This document shows positions 16,843 through 24,685 of a stretch of 24,685 nucleotides of DNA, in pieces; position 1 is the stretch's first letter; every line of letters starts with the position of its first letter. The notes below the pieces were generated by a model, which made no database searches, had not been told where the DNA came from, and saw only the letters and a list, made by a program, of their open reading frames with translations. Location of the stretch: IMG/VR virus record IMGVR_UViG_3300037257_000073, one strand, 5' to 3'. This stretch comes from a virus. Lineage: Duplodnaviria > Heunggongvirae > Uroviricota > Caudoviricetes. Position numbers and translations under genes: made by a program.

Positions 16843-19038
16843 ATGGATAAACAAATTGACGATAAAGAAAAAGATATAATGGATAATATAGATAGAGCTA
16901 TTAATGAATTGGTTTATGAAAAAACCCAAATCATTAAAGCCTATAACTATTATCATGGTAAAAGAGACCCTGAACAATTCAGACATTTAGAAGAAAATTA
17001 TGGGATAGGTACTCCTACATCAATTGAATTTGTACCATTAGTTAGAAAACACGTAGATGTTTTAATTGGTGAATACTTATCAACGCCAGTTCTTCCTAAA
17101 ATTTCTTGTAAAGACCATACAACATTATCAAATATTGATAGAGATAAACAATTACACATACATGATAACATTGCTAAAGAATTAAATAAGCATTTAAAGA
17201 ATGCTGTATATAGTTCTACAATAGGATCAGATGCTCCTGATAAACAAATTGAATTAGAACTTCAAGAATTACATGAATCACTCGATAGAAATTTTATGTC
17301 TAACTATGAAATAGCAGGACAAAATATAGTTGATTGAACAATGCAATCTCGAATAATTGATTTTGAAAATCAAAGAAAAATATTACTAACAGATTTATTA
17401 GTTAGTGCGACAGCTTATTATAAAGTATGTCCATCAGTTAGTAAATCAAATGTAAAACTTAGAGTATTAAATCCAATAAATACATTCATTGATAGAAATC
17501 CAGAATCACCTTATCTTAAAGATTCGGCACGTTCTGTAATTAGAGATTATTTAACTAAGGATCAAATACTTGCAAAGTATGGAGATTCATTAAAACCTGA
17601 TGATTTAGAATCATTAGATACATTACAAGATTTTGCTAATGATGGATCAGCAACAACTTATCTTAGAAGTTATGATTCAGTTACAGGAAATACAATGTCA
17701 GATGGTATACTTGGGGGATTTGAAATAACTCCTCTATTACCTTATGAAAGAAGTACTTCTAAATATTTTAGAACTTTTCCAGTATATGAAGTTGAATGAT
17801 TAAAGACTGAAAAAGAAGATGACAAATATATTACTAATCGTTATGAAGGTGTACGTATAGCTACTAATATTTATATTACTACAGGTAAATGTGAGGATGT
17901 AGTTAGAAGTGTAGATGATAAAACACATTGTACATTAACAGTAAATGGTATGTTCTATTCTGATAGAAATGGCGATCCTTTCTCTCTAGTATTAAAGACA
18001 GCGAATTTGCAAGACAAATATGACTTGATTAATTTTATGAGAGATAACGTAATATCTGAATCAGGTACTGCGGGAGATTTAATTGATATAGCTCACTTAC
18101 CTAAAGTATTAGGTGCAGATTTAGCTGAAAGATTAATGAAATTTAAAGCTTATGGTAAAGCTGGTATGAAATTATACGATTCTTCACAAGAAGGTCAAAT
18201 GCTTAATACTGCTATGAATGGATTTGATGATACATTAAAATTTAATACTATACAAGCTTTTGATTTAGCGATTCAAAGAATTGAAGATACTTGTTCAATG
18301 ATTACAGGTGTATTTAAAGAAAAATTAGGTGGAATAGAACAACGAGATGCTGTAACAAATGTTGCAGTAGGTGTAAGAAATTCTTCTTATATTACTAAAC
18401 AATACTATCAAATTATGGACTTAATAACAAGAGAAATCTTAATTGATATTCTTAATCTTGCTAAAATTGTTTATAAGAAAGGAATGAGTGGGTCACTTAT
18501 ATTAGGTGATAGATTAAATAAAATATTTACAGCATTACCTGAACATTATACAACAACTGATTATGATATTCATATTGGTGATAGTTCTGAAATTATGAAA
18601 GAACAAGAAACTATCAAACAATTAGGAATGGAATTAGTAAAAGGAGGATTGGTTGATCCAGAAACATTAATTGAAATTATTACATCGAAAGGTTTAACTA
18701 AAATGAAAGAAGATGTTAAGTTATCATTAGCTAAGAAGAAAAAAGAAAATGATCAACTTGGACAATTACAACAACAATCCGAACAATTACAACAACAATT
18801 AAAACAACTTCAACAAGAAAATTCAAAACTACAAGCTCAGGTTGGTAAAAACAATCAAGAGAAAATGGAGATGGATAGAGAAAGATTATCATTCGATAAA
18901 GAACTTGGATGGTATGAAGCTAAAAATTTATCAGAATATAATGCTGCTAAATTGGAAGACGATAAAACAAGAATCAAACTTGAAGGAGCACAATTATTAG
19001 ATGCTAATCATCGTAATGATGAAGTTAGAAACAGCTAA
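16843..19038 (+). CDS. Portal protein (731 aa, TGA 17335 and 17797=Trp)
   Basis: Three track fragments are in one frame. crAss-like portal motifs AYNYYHGKRD, YGIGTPTSIEFVPL, VYEVE-W, LGGIEQRDAV and a Q-rich C-terminal coiled coil; follows TerL. Confidence 0.88.
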
Positions 19039-19048
19039 ACTTATTTAT

Positions 19049-19279
19049 ATGTTTAAAGAACTAAAACAAAGATGGACCACAGAAAGTCCAGCAATATTTA
19101 AAAAAATAACTAATATATCTATTATACTCGGAGGTGCAGCCTTCGGTATATTAGTTATGAATGGAGTTATAGATTTACAACAATATGGAGTTGCTCCAAT
19201 TATTTTTAAGGTTTGTGGATACGTGTTAGTAGCATGTGGTGCAATGGGATTAACTTCTAAAATAACTAAACAAGACTAA
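19049..19279 (+). CDS. Putative holin (76 aa, two TM segments)
   Basis: MFKELKQRWTTESPAIFKKI followed by two hydrophobic helices and a charged C-terminus. ATG 19049 is preferred over the track start, which lies inside portal. Confidence 0.6.
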   Translation: MFKELKQRWTTESPAIFKKITNISIILGGAAFGILVMNGVIDLQQYGVAPIIFKVCGYVLVACGAMGLTSKITKQD

Positions 19280-19284
19280 TAATC

Positions 19285-19896
19285 ATGATTCAAATAAACT
19301 TACTAAGAATTTCACCAGATAGTAAATATCTAGAATTTAGTGTAGAGTGTCCAACAAATTATTTATTTAATAAACTATTTATTAAGAAATATGATGCTAT
19401 ACCAATAAATAGTACAGATGATCTTTGAAGAGATGTATCACATCTATTACAAAGAACTTCTACAAAAGAAATTATGAGAATATCTACTGAGGCTTTAAGT
19501 GGATTTCAAATTGAACCTGGTGTTGATGGTAATTTGGCAAGTACATTATTTTATGTGCAATTTGGAGTAGAGTGAATTGAACCTACACCAGGTAATCCAA
19601 CATTACCAGTACCACTTATACCAGATGTTATTGGAGTAACATCAGATGTAAATAAAGTATATATTCTTTTAAAAGATTACTTACTTAATTTAGATGCAAG
19701 ATGTATTACAACAAATGATTATCAAACATTAATCAGAAATTATATGTTCTTATATGCTCATTTAGAAGCCATGAGACTTGAACGATTTGATGATGCTGAA
19801 ATGTTTTATGATATTATAAAGAAACAATTTATCTCTTGATCACCTTGACTAAGAAGTGATAATTCAAGAGTATTGAATGATTGTAATTGTAAATAA
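19285..19896 (+). CDS. Putative virion structural protein, possibly neck/ring (203 aa, 4 TGA=Trp)
   Basis: Continuous frame from ATG 19285 to TAA 19894, TGA at 19426, 19573, 19837 and 19846; ends CNCK. Absent from the track. Confidence 0.65.
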
Positions 19897-19897
19897 A

Positions 19898-20626
19898 ATG
19901 GAAGAAGTTAAACAATCAATAGTATCAACTACAGTTAAATATTTGAGAAATCTTGAATATTTAGCTATAGATGATAAAAAATTATCAAATGACATAATGG
20001 CTTTAATTGTAGTCGATGAAGTATTTGATTGAGCAAGTTGATCAGGAGAACCTTCAACAGTACAAGTAAAACTAAAGAAATTTAGAAAAGATATAATTAG
20101 AAACAATCCTAAGATTATAGAAGAAATGCAAAGAACTAATGAATTCTATAAAAATGTAAATACACCACAAACTATTTATACATGACAACGTGTATACGAT
20201 AATGTAGATGTAATTACAGTTGATGATCCTAGTGGTATTATTCCAGAACCTTATACACCTCCATATTTCTGAGGTAAAGTTGTAAGTAATACTAAACCAA
20301 GTAAAAATCAATCATTGATTAATTCTGGAACTATGGTTTATGGAGATCCAAGTGAAGCATTAAACATTCCTTACAACTCTAATAATACAGATTATTTATG
20401 GTTTGCAATTCCATCAGATATTCAATCTAAAGCAATATGATATGTTGATAATCAAAATAGTGGAGATATAGGTGGAACAAGAAATCTATTTGATACTGAA
20501 ACTATAATGACAATTAGAATTCCAGAAACACTATTAGATAAAAGTTATAAAATATATATGACTAATTATTCAACACAAGTAGCTTCATTATATGTAGCAG
20601 AATCACTTGGACAAATACCTGCATAA
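19898..20626 (+). CDS. Putative virion structural protein with C-terminal beta-rich domain (242 aa, 5 TGA=Trp)
   Basis: Continuous frame. YLWFAIP...W-YVDNQNSGDIGG...YKIYMTNY resembles beta-sandwich domains of phage tail/head appendage proteins. Confidence 0.65.
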
Positions 20627-20627
20627 T

Positions 20628-22085
20628 ATGGCAATAGATTTTAATGATAACTTACAAATACGAGCACCAAAATCTATTGATGATAGATACGGTCCTTGAG
20701 AAACAATTGAAGAGGGGTTAATTAATGTACCTCGTCCATATAGACATGATAAATTAACTTTAAATATTAACGGAGTTGAATATTGATTTAGAAACGGGTT
20801 AGAAGATGTTGATTTAATAGTTAAAGAATATGGTAGTGGTGGAGATACAAGTAAATGAGAACAATCTACAATGTTAGTCCAAGATGTTAAATATGGAAGA
20901 CTTTATAATTGATATATTGTAATAGATTCTAGAAGTATAGCACCTAGTGGTTGACATATTCCAACTTTATCTGATTTTCAAACATTAAGTAATTTTTTAG
21001 GTGGAGATGATGTTTCAGGTGGAAAATTAAAAGAAACAGGAAATACTTATTGAGAAAGTCCAAATGTAGATGCTTCTAATAGTGTTAATTTTAATGCTAG
21101 AGGTTCAGGAGTAAGAGATACAGATGGTTCATTTTATTTAATAAATAGACATTTGGGTTTTTGAGCTTATGATGAATATAGTAATTCAGAAGGTAAACTA
21201 ATTGATATTAGTAATGATAATGCATATGTTTTATTAAGTGTTCCAAGTATAAAAGAAACTGGAAGATCAATTAGACTTATTAAAGATAATTCAATTAATG
21301 AAGGTAGTATTGTAATTGATGGAATTACTTATCATTCAGTAACTATTGGTAATCAAGTTTGATTACAACAGAATTTAGCTACAACCCATTATCAAAATGG
21401 TGATTTAATTGGTTCTGATTTTAGTGGTACAGAAGGGGCTGTAGCTGCGTACAATAATGATGAAAATACTGTTTATAATCTTATAAATGGAGAAGATCCT
21501 ATTCATATTAAACCAAAAGATAATAAAAGAATTAATGCAGATATTATAGATGGGTTGCCAATAAAAAATCCTGTAATTATTAACTTTACTGAAGCTGGTG
21601 TTTTTGATGTTTTAAATACTTATGACATAATAATAACAAATGGTACAAATATTAACTTATGATTACCAGTAATAAATGATGTTGTTGACGGAAAACAATT
21701 AATATTTAAGAATGAAAATTCTACAAATGTTAGTAATATACTGGTTTTAGATCTTGATGCGCAAATTGAAAATTTAGGACATGGAGTACCTTATCAAATT
21801 CCACCTAATAGTTCTATAACATTAATAACTAATAGAATTAGTAATAAATGGGATATTATAAGTGAATATATTCCACCTAAAAATATAATACAAGAAACTC
21901 CAACTGGTGCTACAGATTCTGTTAATACTGAATTCGTTTTATCTAAAGAACCAAAAGATATATTTAACTTACAGGTTTACGAAGATTCGGGTGTATCATA
22001 CGTTGTTTCTTATTTTGATGCAAATACAATATATTTAATTGATACCCCAGGGTCACATATAACTTGTAGATATATTCCAAAATAA
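20628..22085 (+). CDS. Virion/tail-associated protein with a FISUMP (Fib_succ_major)-like domain (485 aa, 9 TGA=Trp)
   Basis: YGRLYN-W, PSG-W-HIPT, LGGDDVSGGKLKE...W-ESPN, SIRLIKD and TIGNQV-W-LQQNL motifs. Invisible in the code-11 track. Confidence 0.8.
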
Positions 22086-22107
22086 TTATATATTTTAAAA
22101 TAAATAA

Positions 22108-24685
22108 ATGATACAAAGCAATATACTATTAACAGATATTGTAATTCCTACAGTAGATAATTTAATAGTAACTGATGTACCAGATGAAGTAACAGTTAAA
22201 GATAGCGATATTATATCAACTACTTTAACTGTTACTTTATTAAATTCTGAATTCATTCAACATGAATCTCAGAATAATCCATCATTATTAGATTTGAATA
22301 CAACAGAATTCAATAATCTTTCAAATGAAATAGTAGTAACACCTACTATACAAAATAATGGGATGTTATTAAATACTGATATTCCGGTATACGATAATGC
22401 AGTTCCTACAGATTTATCATTGAATACTAATTCACCAAGTAATAATGATGTATTAGGATCATATGAATCTGTAAATGCAATCCCAAGTATCACACCAGGA
22501 TCTGGAAGTTTATTTCCATCCGATCCAACATTACTTCCTCAAATTAATAGTTTGTTTGAATTATTACAATACTTATCAGAAGTAATGATGAGATTTAATA
22601 GTGACCCAAATTATTATATGCAAGATGATTTTGCAATATTAGTTAAAACGATTACTAATGCTTTGATTCATTTATATTTAAATGCTCCATTATCTACTGG
22701 AGAAGTAGAAGGATTATATGCAGCATTAGGAACTAAAGTTGATAAAATTCTCGGAAAAGGATTAAGTACTAATGATTTAACAGATGAATTAAAAGCTGCT
22801 TATGATTCCGCGTTCTTAGAAACACATTTACATAGTAATAAAGCAGCATTAGATTTAGTAAGTGGTAAGAATACTGGAGATCAAGATTTATCAGTATTAC
22901 AACCAAAAGAAACTGGAAAAGGATTATCTACTAATGATTTTACTAATACATATAAAAATAAATTAGATGGAATTCAAACTGGAGCAGAAGCAAATGTAAA
23001 TGCTGATTGAAATGCAACTAGTGGAGATACTTTAATATTAAATAAACCTAATATTCCAAGTATAACAGGATTAGCAACTGAAACTTATGTTCAAAATTAT
23101 GCAGAACCTAAAAAAGGAACTGATGATAATTATGTAACTGATTCAGAAAAGACAAATTTACATGCACCACATAGTGATGATCAAGATCTATCTGGATTAG
23201 TTGTAAAAATTCCTGGATATTCTTTAGTATTAAATGTAGATATTGCTAAAATACACGTAGCTCATAGTGATGATCAAGATTTAACACCTTATGAAACTAT
23301 TGCTAATAACAATATTAAATTAGCTACTAAAGAACCAGCTAATGCTAATATACAAGCTCACATTACTAATACAAATAATCCTCACTTTACAACTAAAGCA
23401 CAAATTGGATTAAGTCAAGTAGATAATACTAGAGATATAGACAAACCTATATCAATCTTAACTCAATTAGCTTTAAATACTAAAGAACCTAATATAACAT
23501 CAGGATTAATTACTGATTACTGAAGAGGTGATAAAACATTCCAACCTTTAAATAAGGCTGCTGTAGGTTTAGATAATGTAGATAATACATCAGATTTATT
23601 GAAACCAATATCTACTGCTACACAAAGTGCATTAGATTTAAAATTAGATGTATCATTAAAAGGAGCTAATAATGGATTGGCAGAACTTGATTCAAATGGC
23701 TTTGTAAAAAATTCACAATTACCATCTTATGTAGATGATGTATTAGAATATACTTCTATAAGTTTATTTCCTACAGTTGGAGAATCTGGTAAGATATACA
23801 TAGACACAACCACTAATTTAACTTATAGATGAGGTGGAACTACTTATGCTATTATCAGCTCATCTTTAGCTTTAGGAGAAACTTCAGCAACAGCATATAG
23901 AGGAGATCGTGGAAAAATTGCTTATGATCATTCACAAATAAATAGCGGTAATCCACATGGATTAACTTTATTAGATATTGGAGCTCAAGCTCAATTAAAT
24001 GGTACTGGTCTAGTTAGAATGTCTGGAACTTCTATTACTTATGATAATACATCATATGTTTCTGGAACTCCATGAACATCAGTTGGATATTGATACTCAG
24101 GTAGCCATCCTACCACAACTAGTGGATATGGTTTACCAGATTATCCTACAACTTTACCAGCTAGTGATGTTTATTCATGAGCTAAAGCTTCTACAAAACC
24201 AAGCTACGCTTATTCAGAAATAACTTCTAAACCTACATTATTATCTCAATTTACTAATGATTTAGGTAATTATGGTTCATTTGTTACTGGTACTCCTTGG
24301 ACTGGATATGGATATCTTACTGGTATAACTGGAACTCAAGTTACTACAGCATTAGGATACACTCCCTATAATTCTACAAATCCTAGTGGTTATATTTCTA
24401 GTATAACTAAATCCCAAGTTGAAGGAGTTCTTACTGGACTAATAACTACTCATACACATAACTATTTATCTAGTTTTACTGAAACTGACCCTATATTTAT
24501 TGCATGGAATAAATCTACTGGCATAAGCATTACTAAGTCGCAGGTTAGTGATTTTCCAACTAATCTCAGTCAATTTAATAATAATCTTGGTAACTACGGT
24601 GGATGGATAACTGGTATCAACTCAGGAATGGTTACTACTGCTTTAGGTTATACTCCACTACCTACTAGAACATTCGGTTCAGCAG
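22108..24685 (+). CDS. Tail fibre / long tail-appendage protein, partial (>859 aa, 6 TGA=Trp so far)
   Basis: Frame stays open to the window end with TGA=Trp. Repeats GKGLSTND x2, HSDDQDL x2, GLxxVDNTxDxxKPIS x2, VTTALGYTP x2 and LSQFxNxLGNYG x2. Confidence 0.8.

Larger units (their letters stand above)
1..24685 (+). other. Segment of a crAss-like (Crassvirales) phage genome using TGA=Trp
   Basis: Terminase, portal, tail-fibre-like genes, RNR, PhoH and free-standing endonucleases all lie on one strand. TerL and portal motifs resemble crAss-like phages (recognised from memory). ORFs become continuous when TGA is read as Trp, and the reconstructed genes end in TAA. Confidence 0.8.

Noticed and set aside
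18751-18840. CAA-rich repeat in portal as a tandem repeat element
   Set aside because: Simply encodes the Gln/Leu coiled coil at the portal C-terminus.
14515-19038. Pseudogenes or sequencing errors in terminase and portal
   Set aside because: Every interruption is TGA, with no frameshifts and no TAA/TAG; positions match Trp and a cognate tRNA is present.
2722-19048. Track start codons at 2722, 3300, 5866, 8174, 8628, 11044 and 19001
   Set aside because: They overlap the tRNA or upstream genes, or are artefacts of TGA stops; alternative ATGs with A-rich context fit better.
442-22493. All minus-strand ORFs in the track (e.g. 442..753, 1563..1820, 4352..4612, 9182..9478, 16783..16986, 22269..22493)
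   Set aside because: Short antisense shadows of well-supported + strand genes, with no motifs.
23599-24223. Track ORFs 23599..23832 and 24041..24223 as separate genes
   Set aside because: The first is an internal in-frame piece of the tail fibre; the second is an off-frame overlap with no support.
5938-24685. TGA=Gly (code 25) or a Mollicutes code-4 host
   Set aside because: Motifs need Trp. Promoters and translation starts look Bacteroidota-like, and early genes avoid TGA, which a code-4 host would not require.

Overview
AT-rich segment of a tailed dsDNA phage genome, probably Crassvirales (crAss-like) and probably infecting Bacteroidota (TAnnTTTG promoters, A-rich starts without Shine-Dalgarno sites). 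All supported genes are on the + strand. The supplied ORF track is fragmented because this genome reads TGA as Trp (code 4). About 52 in-frame TGA codons, counted by hand, sit inside otherwise continuous genes and often fall at motif-conserved Trp positions. The window also encodes the matching opal-suppressor tRNA (anticodon TCA, 2652-2724). Retranslated gene order: small hypothetical ORFs; a promoter-to-terminator unit holding a TGA-containing ORF, the suppressor tRNA, an HNH endonuclease and an HTH protein; ribonucleotide reductase and PhoH; membrane/lysis-like genes and a PD-(D/E)XK nuclease; GroEL and GroES; two GIY-YIG endonucleases; a GG-repeat protein; terminase large subunit; portal; a holin-like protein; and virion/tail proteins, including a circularly permuted FISUMP domain and a tail fibre running off the end. 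TGA use is strongly partitioned: nearly absent before 5921 and dominant after 11080. Family and product calls come from motif recognition, not database searches.
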